From NCBI GenBank assembly GCA_016618085.1, contig JABLTG010000186.1, positions 1 through 35,491 of the forward strand: a stretch of 35,491 bases of DNA, in the 5' to 3' direction. Every line of letters begins with the position of its first letter. The stretch's first letter is position 1. Of this stretch, positions 1 to 12,449 are shown in pieces. A model generated the notes under the pieces. That model saw only the letters and a list, made by a program, of their open reading frames with translations, was not told the DNA's origin and made no database searches. Origin of the DNA: Neovahlkampfia damariscottae (lineage: Eukaryota). Both the position numbers and the translations under genes were made by a program.

Positions 1-169
1 TGATTGGTTCACAATGAAAATATCTTCTACTTTTATAATAAACATTTGATGTGTAAATATTCATATACAGTCTTCATGTATACACAATGTTCACGTTTTA
101 GCCATAGTTCATATTCGTGGTTTCGGAAAAAGATTTCATTGGTTTTCGGAGTTAAAAAAATCAATTGGA

Positions 170-1384
170 ATGTTTGACAACTGGTCTTGGTCTTGGACAG
201 AAATTGGTATTGCTTCTACTGCAGTAATTTCAACAACATCAATGTTGTATTATTATTTCTCACAAAGCAAACCCAAACTCATCTACAAAAAAACAGAAAA
301 AAATCAAAAAATTTTGGAAAGCATGGAAAAATTGAAAGAAGTTTATTATCCACCATTTTATCTTTTAAATTCACATGCACATACAATTTTAGCTTCGATG
401 ATTTTTAGAAAACAAAATCCAAACTTGGTGTATGAAAGAGAAATTATTAAAGATGAAGAAGGTGGTTCTCTTGCTTTGGATTGGATTAAAAGAAAAAAAG
501 AATTACCTAAAGATGCTCCTGTATTAATTGTATACCCAGGAGTTACTGGAAGCTCAACAGGAACATACGTTCATCAAATAGGAACACATTTTGATAAATT
601 AAATTACAGAGTTGTTTGTATCAATCATCGTGGAATTAATTCTAAATTAACAGTAATAATCTATTATATCTGAATCTAAATTTCAATATAGTCCACCAAA
701 ACTACATGCGCTTCATTCACTACAGATTTAAAGATGATTATCAATCATGTTACTTCTAAATTTGAAAATTCACTTGTTTTCTGTTCTGCATATTCAATGG
801 GGGCTAATTTATTATTGAAATATTTGGGAGAAGAAAAGAATACACAATTAACAGCTGCTGTATCAGTGAGTAATCCATTTGATTTTAGAAAAGCAGACGG
901 AATGTTGAGCAAATTCTTATCCAAAAAATTCTACAGTGAAACCATTGCATCTGATGCAAGAAATATAGTTTACGAAAATATAGAGTACAAAATATTATCA
1001 TTCTAATATTTGACCAATAGTGTTCTAAAAGACGAAATTGATTTGGATGCAATAAAAAAATCAAAAACGTTGAAACAATTTGATATTCTTTTTACTACTA
1101 AAATACATGGATACAAGTCAGTTGATGATTATTATGATCATTCTTCATCATGTACTCATTTGAATGATATCCAAATTCCAATTTTAGCATTGAATGCAAG
1201 AGATGATCCTTTTGTTGATGAATCAGCTTTAGAACATGATAATAAGAATATTATCATGGGAATCACTGAATATGGTGGTCATCTTGGATTTTTGGAAGGC
1301 ACATTTCCTTGTGGAACAAATTGGACAGTTAAAGTTATTGAAGAATATTTTGATCATTTTTTGAAAAACAATCAAAAAAAATAA
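170..1384 (+). CDS. Alpha/beta hydrolase, ABHD1/2/3 (YheT/EHT1-like) family, with N-terminal membrane anchor
   Basis: Three ORF pieces join in frame after removing introns 653-691 (39 nt) and 985-1020 (36 nt). Motifs: NSHAHTI, DxEGGxLALDW, PGVTGSS, nucleophile AYSMG, LNARDDPFV (Asp), GGHLGFLEG (His). Confidence 0.9.
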
Positions 1385-1442
1385 AATTTTTACAATTTTT
1401 TTAATTTGATTCTTATTGGTATATTTTTCTGTAGGTTATTTG

Positions 1443-3376
1443 ATGGACGAAATTTTTAAGAGTAAGTCGTTCTTTTTTTTTAAATGTCAAGTAATTGTTG
1501 TTGGTGATTCAAAAGTGGGTAAAACATCAATTACAACTAGATTTGTTCAAAATAAATTTCCAACTGAAGAATATCTAAAAAGTACAACTTCAAACTCTCA
1601 ATTTCTAATAAAAACACATGAAATGAATAATAAAAAATATGAATTACATATATACGATACAAATTACTCAAATGAAATCAAACAAATATCAGAATCGTAA
1701 CTCAAAAAAAAACAGAATTTATTTTTTTTTAAAAAAGGATACTCTCAAATTCTAAAGGAATTTTAATTTGTTTTGATCAATCTAATATTGAAAGTTATAA
1801 AAGTATTATTGGATGGTTATCAGAAATTGCTTCATTCTTTCCTGAATGCTCTATCATTCTTGTAGCCAATAAAATGGACAAAACAACAAAAGAAAAAAAA
1901 GTTGGAATACAAAAAGCAAAATCATTTGCAGAAAAGAATTCATTAAAATTATTCGAAACAAGTGCTCTTCAAGATATAAATATTTTAGAAACTTTTGAAG
2001 AATTAATAAAAAGTAAACCTAGAAGACTTGAAAGAACAATTACATTTAAAAAAGAATTAAGTACAAATGAAAATATGAGAAAATTAAGTAGAGTATTTCT
2101 TGAAGTTGAAGGACAACCAAAGTATTTAAAATATATGAATGAAGATGTATCAACATTATCATGGAGACAACATAAAAAACATATTTTTATTTTAACAGAA
2201 GCTGGAAAACCAATATTTTCAAGATATGGAAAAGAAGATGATTTATCACCTTTAATGGGAATGTTAATGGCAGTTGTTTCATTTATTGAAGATGATGGGG
2301 ATTCTATTCGAACTATTTATACAGGAGGTGAACATAAAATAATATTTGTTGTAAAAGGACCTGTTTATTTTGTTTGTGTTTCATGTACAAATGAAACTGA
2401 AAATGAATTAAAAAATCAACTTGAATTATTATATACACAAATTATATTCATTTTAACTGAAAGAATAATTGATCATTTAAAAAAGAAATCATCATTTGAT
2501 TTAAGAAATTTATTAGGTGGAACTGATAATGTTTTACATTCTTTAATACATGCAATGTCATGTGATATGTCTTTTACATTTAATTCATTTAAAACTTTAA
2601 AATTAACAAAACAGATTAGAAATTCAATTGGTGATATATTAATTAAAAATGTACCTGATAAAACTTTATTTTCAATTTTAATTGCTGATAATAAAATTGT
2701 TCATTTAGGTAGATTAAAAAAATATTCATTACAACCTTTGGATTTATTATTACTTTTAAATTTTATTAATTCAAGTAAATCAATTAGAACAAGTGAAACA
2801 TGGACACCTTTATGTTTACCTGGTTTTTCACCAGAAGGTTTTTTATATGCTTATATTCATTTTCCAAAAAATGATATTTGTTTAATTTTGATTAATTTAA
2901 GTCAAAATAATTTTTTTGAATGTTCAACTTTTAAATCAAATTTAGAAGAAAAATTTAATCAATTAAAATTATTTTCAAAAATTAAAGATGGAATGGAATA
3001 TGAAGGAATTAATCCAAAAGATATTGGATTACCAGAAGTTAGACAATTTATTTATAAATTAAATGATCAATTTATTTCATCAAATTTTATCTCACCTTAT
3101 AATTCAAAAAATGAAAAGAAAAGATTAATTAGGTTGTATAAATTGATTAGAGATAAATTATTAAAACAACCAAATTTAACTTCTTCAAATATCAAACAAT
3201 TTTTTTTAACAAATGAAAAGGAATCAATTTTTGTTTCAATTTCAGGCAATGAAGAATTGTATGTAGCATTTCCCTTGACAACATCAAAAAATGTTGCAAT
3301 TGAATCTTGTGAATTAATCAAAAAATTTATTCAAAAAGAAGATTCATTTTTTATTTCAAATCAAATTCAATGGTAA
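1443..3376 (+). CDS. MON1: Rab-like small GTPase domain fused N-terminally to Mon1/SAND (about 620 aa)
   Basis: Introns 1462-1491 (30 nt, probable) and 1697-1737 (41 nt). Spliced N-terminus is MDEIFKIIVVGDSKVGKTS, then YDTNY, ILVANKMD and FETSAL. The same stop-free frame continues into Mon1 motifs WRQHKKHIFILTEAGKPIFSRYG, FDLRNLLGGT and ETWTPLCLPGF. Confidence 0.88.
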
Positions 3377-3527
3377 ATTTCAATGATTGATAAATAAAAG
3401 ATTTCTTTATCATCTTAGCACTTTTGCATGGACCAATCAGGAAGATTATTAATCATGCTTTGTCAAGAATAGTTTATGTCATATTGTAAAAGAGAGATGC
3501 GTGAATAGAATGAATTTTATTTCATAT

Positions 3528-6500
3528 TTATAATTTTTCTTTGAATAATTTTAATAAATCTTCTTTTCCTTCTTTTTTCAAGAAACTTAAAATTCCATTC
3601 ATTGATGATTCAAAATCATTTGATAAAAATTCTTCAACTTTTGATTCAATTTCTTTCTTTGAAAATTCATCAATTTTTTTGTTTAAAGCTTCTTCATTCT
3701 TTTCAAAGAATTCACATAAATTTTTATCATTTTGTAAAAGATCATCTTGTTTTGAAATATTTTTAATCCAATCATTTACTAATTCTTCTTTTTGATTAAA
3801 ATCTAATTTTTCATGATCAATTTTTTTAATCAAAGCATGTACAAATAATTTTCTTTTCAATCTCCAATAGAAGAATGTTCTTGCAAATTTCCATTCTAAG
3901 ACATCAGAAATAGTACCTTTTGCTTTCATTCTACCAGGTGTATCTTGTAAAACAACGAATGATTCAGCAATATTTTGATAAATTGGTAATAATTTTAATT
4001 CGCGTGATTGAATTTGTTGTTTAATTTCATCTTTTTCTTTTTGATCTTCAGTTGAGTTTAATTTTTGAGTTAATTGAATATGTTTATCATCTAAACGTTT
4101 AATTGTATTAATCAATTCATCTTTTCTAAATTTAATTTCAACAGTACCATTTGGTTCTAAAATACCTGCAGTTGATGTTTTATCTGCATACATTTCCATC
4201 ATTTCTGGATTAATTGAAGGATCAACAACAACCCAAGCACCTCCTCTTAATTCACCATGTGGTGCTAAATAAACAAATACTGGTTGTTTATATTCTCTTA
4301 ATTCATCAACAATGTATGATCCAAATTTTAAAATTTCATTAAACATATCTCTTTGACCTCCTGAAAATCCACGCCAATTTGCAAAAATGATTAAAGGTAA
4401 ACTTTCACCATTATTGAAATCTTTAATTGCTTGTGATGTTTTATATGCTGAATCTGGATACCAAACTTGACCTGCTTTTTGAATTATTTGTTCTTGTGAT
4501 GTTGTATCAGCTGGATCTGCTGGAATTACCATTTCCATTGTTCTTGTTTCAACTGCAATTGCACCCATTGGAATACCACCTAATCTACCTCTTCCACAAA
4601 TAACATTCTTTGCCCATCCTGATAATGTTTCAATAAATGAATCTTTATCAAAGAATCCACTCATCCATTGATTTGAATTTTGTTGAACTCCTGCTAATAA
4701 ATATCTTGGATCATATGGTTGATCTTTTTGTGGCATAAATTCAATTTCTCTATCAATTGGATCAGCTGATGAAATGATTGGTAAAGGACTTCCAGTAAAT
4801 CTTGGAACAAAACTTAACCATCTTAAAATTGAAACAATTCCTTTAAAATCATCTTGAACTACTAAATGAGAAACACCATTGTTATGCATAATTTGAATTC
4901 CACCTAATTGTCTATTTGAAGTATAAACATCTGAACCAAGTACTTTATTTAAAGCACCTGCACCTGTTAATAAAATTGGAACATTTTTATGTTGAATAAC
5001 TCTATGACCTAAACGAACAAGATATGCACCAATACCAACTGTTCTACTTGCAACATAATTAATGGTAAAGATTTCTTTATATGCTCTTGATGTTTCACCT
5101 GCAATTAAACCAGAACCTTTTAAATTTTCAACACCAATACCATCTTCTTCACCAATGATATCAATAATTTTCCATCTTTTTTCATTTTGATCTTCAATTA
5201 ATTCAGCATTGACAGATTTATGTAATCTTGAATAATCTTTTTCAGTTAAATATAAATATTTTTGTCCTTTTGAAGGATCTTCTGGATTAATCCAAGCAAC
5301 TTTAAATGATTTTTGAATTTCTTTTGCTAAACCAATTCTAGCACCTGAATTTGCATTAATGAATACTCTTGGTATTTTTTCTTTTCTTGCTAATTCTGAT
5401 GCTTTATAAAAGATTTTATCTTCTAAAACACCAAATGAACCTGATTGATAAGTAATATCATTTGCAATAACAATAATATCTCTACCATTTGGATATTCAG
5501 GTGTTTTTAATGTTATTTTCCAAACAATCATACCATATTTATTTTTTCCAATATGTGATTGTTCAACTGGTTCTAATTCATCTTTTCCATTTAAACATAA
5601 TTCAACATATGAAACTAAATCTTTTGGTAAAATTGATTTTACATTATCAATTTTTTGTGATTTTGCAAAAACTTTCCATAAATATTTTAAAGTTAATTCA
5701 AATAAAGTTGGATAATCATAAACATAAGATGTTTCATAATTATGTGATATTTCTCTTTTTAATTCAGCTTGTGAAAGTAATGGATGTGGTGCATTTAAAT
5801 CAGTACCATGTAAAGGTCCATATGGTGAAACTAATCCTGAATAAATTGATTTACCTGTAACTGTATTAACAGATTCTTGATAAAATTCAACTAATAATTT
5901 ATAACCAGTTGTATTTGTCATAACAAATCTTAAATTAATAGGTTTTTCATTTTTTGAAACTTTAATTTTACATTTTGCTTCAATTTGAGAAACTCTTAAT
6001 TCTTTTAATCTTTCTGCATGATCAACTTGAAGTCTATCAAAAATACCTTGAATATTATCAGGTTTATAAATTAATTCTGGAATAACATGAATATAAATAT
6101 GATTCGCATATGATTGTTTGAATTTTGAATCAGACATTGCAAGTGCTAAACCATTCATTGAATCAATTAAATATCTTTCTAATTCAGCAATTTGAGCTTC
6201 ATCTGAATTTTCTGATGTGAAAATATCACCCTTTAAAATTAAAGTTCTAACGAAAAATCTATTATTTAAAACAGAATAACGTGAAGAATCAGGTTGTTTT
6301 GGTGTCGCATAATAAATATGTACTGAAGGTGTTGCAACTGAAAATGGTGTAATATTATAATTTGACATTTTTCTAAGTAATAATTGAAATGCTAAAGTTG
6401 GTTCAATATGTCTATACATTGGATCTTCTTGATATTTTGATCTTTGTCTAAATGTATAATAAAATGGTAATTTTTCTTTAAAATCAATAACACATGTAAT

Positions 6501-9500
6501 TCTTCTAATATCATATGGTTCAATAATTTTCATATAAGTATTAAAGATTTTTGAAAAAGTTTGAATAAACCAATCATCAGAAGGAATATCAGTTTCTCTC
6601 CATTTAATAACTAAATTTAAGATATTAATTGATTCTGAATCATTTTCAGAAGAATCAAAAAGTTTCAATGCATTTGGTAAATAAACTTGTAAATCTTGAA
6701 GTTGATCAAAATGAATCATACAACCAAATCCTGTATAATCTTCTGTTTCACCACCATGAGGTAAATCAGATAAATTATCTGTTGATGCAGATCCAACAAT
6801 ACCTTCTTTTAAATTTACTTCTTGTTCAACTGATTCTCTTGTTTGAATAAATTTCCATAAAATTGATTTGTATTTATCTTCTTCTTGATATTTAAATAAT
6901 TTATTTTCAAATGGTAAATATGCTTTTCTAACATAAACTTCATTTGCAATTTCTCTAATTTTAACATCTTCATGACTAAAAAATGTCATTAAAATATCAA
7001 ATCCGAAATTAGCTTTATCAATAACTTCTTTTAAGATTGAATCTCTATTCTTTTCATCTTCTGATGCTTTTTTAAAAATAACTTCCATTTCATTTCTCAT
7101 TCTTTGAAATGATGGTAATTGTGATCTCATTATCATATGTTTTGAAATTAATGCAACTGAAGAATATGATTTTTGTTGTAAATTTGAAAATTGTTCTAAA
7201 TATTTCATAAAATTTTCAACTAAATTGAATGATTCAACTTCTTGTAAAATTTCAATCATAATTTTATTTCTTTTTTGAAGTCTTTCATGTGATAAAGTAA
7301 CTTCAAATGCTTTTAATAAATCACTTGATTTAAATTCATCTCTTAATGTTAAATAAACTGATTCTTCTTGTTTATTTGATGTATAAAAGTTTTCTGCCCA
7401 AAGATATTGTTCTGCAAATGATGATAATAATTCTAATGCATATTTTCTTGCTCCACCATTATATATTTCAAAAATATCTTTTAATGATTCTCTAAAAACA
7501 ATAAATTCATTCTTTTTTGTTTCAGATAATGTTGTTAAATGTTGATCAAATAATTTAATAAGTCCTTCATTAATCATATCTGCAACATTATCATATTTTT
7601 TTGAATGAAGAATATCTTGAACTTTATGTGATATTTGTGAAGGTACTTGAACTAAAAATGGTCCAATCTTTTCTAAAAATTCAGAAATTAAAACATCTTT
7701 TTCAAGTATTTTTTTTAATGATTGAACTGATTCTTGAATTTTTTTTTCATACAAATTATCAGGATAATCATATCCAGCTAATAAAGTTCTAACTTCTTCA
7801 ATTGATTTTTGTAATAATTGATGTGATTTTAAATTCAATTTTGATGATATTTCTGGGAATTTTCCTTCATAAATTTCAGCTCTTTTAACTTGACTTGGAT
7901 CATCTAAATCTAAATGTGCTAAAATATCACCTGGTTTAATAGCTGCTCCAGGTACAATTTGAAACTTAATTACACCACTTAATGATGCTTTTAAAGTGAC
8001 AATCATTTTCATCATTTCAAGTTCCATGATTGGTTGTTTAGCAACAATTCTTGAACCATCTTCAACTAAATATCTAACTATTTTACCAGATGTATTTGCT
8101 CTAATAGTTGAAGGATCAAATTCTTTTGTAAATAAACAACTTGTTCCATTAATTAAAAGACGTAATCCTTCTGTTCCTTCAGTTGAATATGTAACATATG
8201 ATTTTCCATCAACTACAACTAATAAACCATCATCTCTCATTTGTTTGACTTCAGTTTCTCTATAAGAACCATTCATTGCAAATGTAAATTTATTTTTTCC
8301 ACTGCATGTTCCTTTAATGCAATATTTTTCATTTTCATAAATTAATTCAAAAGTAAATTGAACTTTTAAAAGTTCACTTGGTGGTTGTTGTCCTCTTTCA
8401 ATGAATTTCAAAAATTGTTCTTCATTTGATTTTGATTTTCCATGAACATAATGTGAAGCACCACATAAAATTGCAAGAAATCTATCTGGTTTTTTAGCTG
8501 TAAATACTTTTTGACTTAAAAGTTCATCAAGGTATGAAGTTGTAATTTCATTATTAATAAAATCTTCTCTTTGAATGAGTGAATTGATAAATTGAACAGT
8601 ATTTCTAATATCACCTCTAATTGAAACTTCTGAAAGTCCAACAACCATTTTTTTTCTTGCTTCTTCTCTATTTTTTCCATGAGCAAAAATATGACCAAAT
8701 TGAGAATCTGAAAAATTATGAACACCAGATTGTGATCTAATTGAGAAATAACCCCATAAATCAGTTGTATCTCTAAAATGAAGTTCTTGAACTGATCCTG
8801 AAGTTGGTTGAAATCCTTCATCTGGATTTTCAGCAGTAATTCTTACAGCCATTACATGACCAGTTGGTTCTCTTCTTTTTGTTGTTGAAAAATCAAGTTT
8901 ATCATCAGAATAAGGTTTTAAATTATGAAACATACGAACATCTGGAATTTTTCCTAAAGGAATACCCATAGCAACTTGTAATTGACAACAAGGAATGTTT
9001 ACATCACAAATCCATTCTGTAACTGGATGTTCAACTTGAAGTCTTGGATTAAGTTCTAAAAAGTAATATTTTCCTTCTGTATATAAATATTCAACAGTTC
9101 CTAAATTTTTATATCCAACAGCTTTTGCAAGAACAACAGCATTATTTTCCATTTCTTCAACAGTTTCTCTTGGAACTGCACAAATTGGTCCTTCTTCAAT
9201 AATTTTTTGATGTCTTCTTTGAACAGAACAATCACGTGAATATAAAGCAATTGCTTCACCATATTCATCAGCTAATAATTGAACTTCAAGATGTCTTGCA
9301 TTTGAACCTAATTTCATTAAAAAAATTGGTGAACCAGGAACTTCTTGTTTAACTTGAGCATAACCCAACTAAAAAAGTTAAAAAATAAAACTTTGTATTT
9401 TACTTTTAATTCTTCAGTGTTTGAAACTTTACGAATTCCTTTTCCACCACCTCCTGCTGAAGCTTTTATCATCATTGGATAACCAACCATTTCTGCTTTT

Positions 9501-10119
9501 TTTAAAGCTTCTTCTTCATCTTTAACACACGCTTCATTATATAACTCATCAGAAATATCTAAATTCTTTCCGCATTTGACACCACTTCCACTAAAAGAAG
9601 AAATTAGTTTTTCTAAAAAAAAAAATACCTCCATGGTAAAGTTGGTACTCCAAAAGTTTCTGAAACAATACTTGATGAAACTTTATCACCAAGAATTTGC
9701 ATAGACCAACCATCTGGTCCAATGAATACAATTTTACCTTCAGTTTTTTTTAATGTATCTGGTAAAAGTGGATTTTCAGAAGCATGACCCCAACCAGCCC
9801 ATACAGCATCAGCTCCTACTCTTTCTGCTAAATCAACAATTAATTTAACATTTGAATAGTTGTTGAGTGTACCACCACCTGGTACTTCAATAAGTTCATC
9901 AGCTAATCTAATATATTCAGCATTTGCTTTTATATCTTCTGGTGTTGCCATGACAACAAATTGTAAAGCATCAATTTTGTGAAAAGTTGAGTAAGCCCAT
10001 TGTCTCATGGAACGAATTCCTTTAACCGCAGCAATACCATTATTAGCAATGAGGATCTTGGTAATAACTTTATGCCCTCCTAATTTTTCGACATACTCCT
10101 TGACGGAAGAAAAACTCAT
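3528..10119 (-). CDS. ACC1: Multifunctional eukaryotic acetyl-CoA carboxylase (BC-BCCP-central-CT), about 2172 aa
   Basis: Introns 9591-9628 (38 nt) and 9369-9403 (35 nt) join three ORFs. Motifs: [49 protein letters not shown], biotinyl EMMKM, CT motifs NSGARIG and [14 protein letters not shown]. Confidence 0.97.
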
Positions 10120-10329
10120 GAATTAGAATCGAATAACAGCACCAAAGGACCAATCAAATTTTATCCTGTTCTTAACGTCAAAAAAATGAAGTGTTGGACG
10201 AATCAAAAATTATTTTTCCGTTCCGCAACAAAGATACCCAAATCCTTCTAAAAACCAATTCATTCTATTTCATTGATAAAACAAGAATTCTAAAAATAAA
10301 TATTTTTTATCCAATTAAACCATACAATA
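10120..10329. promoter_or_regulatory. Bidirectional promoter region, ACC / CSN8
   Basis: Divergent ATGs 210 nt apart. CCAAT at 10150, 10255 and 10311; TTTTCCG at 10214-10220. Confidence 0.6.
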
Positions 10330-11048
10330 ATGTCTTCAAACAAAACTGACCTTGATACAGTACTCAGAGAAGCTATTAAATCAGCTAACTGGGAACATAT
10401 TTTACAACAATGTGAGGATATTGAATTTGAAGTACTTTATTTATTTTTGTTCTAAATTCAAAGAACTCTGTTGACTCAAACTGGAAAGGAACTCAATTAT
10501 ATTATAGCCTTTATCTCTTCACATATTTTATTCAAAATGACTTGTAAAAAAAATTAAAAATTAATTTTTTATTTTATTAGAGACAACGCAAGATTTTTGT
10601 GGAAGAGAATTCCAGTTTCAACAAAAAAAATATTTTCCAAAGAATTGGGTGAAACTTGGAATGTTGGAAAATTAATGTGGCAAAGGGATGTAACAGGTGT
10701 TTATAAATCTCTTTCTGGAGATTGGCCAAATGATCTTCAACCTGTTGTAAATGCTCTTAGAGGTATTTAAAAAAAATAAATTGAAAATTGAAAATAGACG
10801 CTTATAGTAATAGAATGCTTCACTTAGTATCAAAAGGATATTCAAATATTACTTTAAATGATTTTTCTGATTTCATTGGTGTTTCAGTTGACGAAGCAAA
10901 AGTAATTGCTGGAAAATTAAATTGGAATTTTGATAATACATATTTAGAACCAAAAGCGATTGATTCAAAGAAAAAATTATCATTACAATCAAGTCTTGAT
11001 ACTCTTTCAAGTTTAAGCGAAAAAGTTTTATTCCTTGAAATCAATTAA
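10330..11048 (+). CDS. COPS8: COP9 signalosome subunit 8 (PCI domain)
   Basis: Introns 10432-10463, 10544-10580 and 10763-10797. The spliced product contains the CSN8 signature NDLDNARFLWKRIP, then W.VGKLMWQRD, LVSKGYSNIT and a C-terminal LSEKVLFLE. Confidence 0.88.
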
Positions 11049-11095
11049 ATCAATTAAAATTTTTATTTTTTTTTTAATTTGACCAATTATTTTTG

Positions 11096-11567
11096 ATGAT
11101 AAATCCAAAACGAAAAAAACCTCATGTTGATAGAAAAAGAATAAAAAAGAGATATGTATTATTAGAAATTGAAACTCATAGAAAATCAAAAATAACGTCA
11201 GAGAACTTGAAAAAAGCACTAGATGAATTAATTTTGGAGTGTTGGGGTTTGGTTGGTTCAACATTATTTGAAAATGAATTAAGAGGTTTGAATAGATATT
11301 ACATATTAAATATTAAAAGTAAAATATTATAATCCTTCAACTAGAGTCGCTATTATAAAAATTCCATTTCCACTCCAAGACATGTTCGTCAAAATGATTT
11401 CAGAAATAAAAATGATAAATGATAATGAATGTACTGTAGATGTACTGCATGTATCAGGTACAGTAATTAGAGTAGAAATGGAAGCAAAAGAAAGAAATAT
11501 TGAAATTGTTAAAGAATTAAAATTAAAAAACGTAAATGTCAAAGTTAAAATCAATCATTATAACTAA
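11096..11567 (+). CDS. RNase P/MRP protein subunit, Pop5/Rpp14 family
   Basis: Intron 11286-11319 (34 nt, GTTTG donor). Motifs KKRYVLLEI, WGLVGS, VKYYNPSTRVAIIKI and VLHVSGTV are typical of Pop5/Rpp14. Confidence 0.8.
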
Positions 11568-11632
11568 AAATTTTATGTTATAATTTTATATTGTTTATTG
11601 TTTGGTCCAATCATATTTTTTTTTCTTCCGAA

Positions 11633-12441
11633 ATGGCAAAGGTATTGTTTGTATCAGGAAGTGTCAGAAATTGTGGAAAATCAACATTTTCACTTTCTAT
11701 TGTTCATTATTTGTTAAATGACATGAACATTGATTCAAAAGATATTGCTTATATAAAACCTTGTACTCAATGCGTTACACCAACAGATGTTTGGAAATTA
11801 TGTGAATCAAGAGGTGTAGAATATGTTGGAATAGGACCAGTGGTATTTTATCCAGGTTTCACAGCTGAATGTGTTGAAGGAAAACAAGACACAAAAAAAC
11901 TACTCCAAGATATCGTCAATAAAGTTGAAGAATTAAAAAAAAATAGAAAGTATGTGATTGTAGATGGTGTTGGGTAAATATATATATCCACTAATTTTGT
12001 AGTTATCCTTCAGTTGGATCGATATGTGGATTGTCAAATGGTCATGTTGCTCAAGTATTGAATTGTCCTGTTTTGTTGGTTTGTTTGATGAAAGATGGTA
12101 GTTTGGGAAATACTATAGATAATTTCAATCAAAACTTTTCTTTTTTTGACTCATTTAATGTTAAAATACATGGAGTATTTTGTAACAAAATTTCAGAAGA
12201 GCATTTCGAAAGGAGTAAAAAATATATTTCAATGTATTTTGATAAAGATGAAAGAAAAATAGATGTTTTTGGATTTGTACCACGAAATTCAAAAATGAAA
12301 GATGAGGATATCATTGATGGATGTGTTAGAGTTTCAAAAAAAAAAATGAAAGTAACTGATGAAGATTTAGAGAATATTGAAAATGTAACCTCACATTTTA
12401 AACAATTTATTGATTTTTCTTCAATAATAAAAAATTTATAA
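11633..12441 (+). CDS. Stand-alone dethiobiotin synthetase-like P-loop NTPase (BioD/AAA_26-like, similar to the phosphotransacetylase N-terminal domain)
   Basis: Intron 11974-12002 (29 nt). Motifs: LFVSGSVRNCGKST (Walker A), AYIKP, VIVDGVGYPSVGSICGLSN, PVLLV, GVFCNK. Confidence 0.75.
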
Positions 12442-12449
12442 ATTCCAAA

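Noticed and set aside
3411..3500. SECIS element or U4/U3 snRNA in the Mon1-ACC gap
   Set aside because: Neither flanking gene has an in-frame TGA, there is no proper SECIS core geometry, and U6-pairing or U3 box sequences are not convincingly present.
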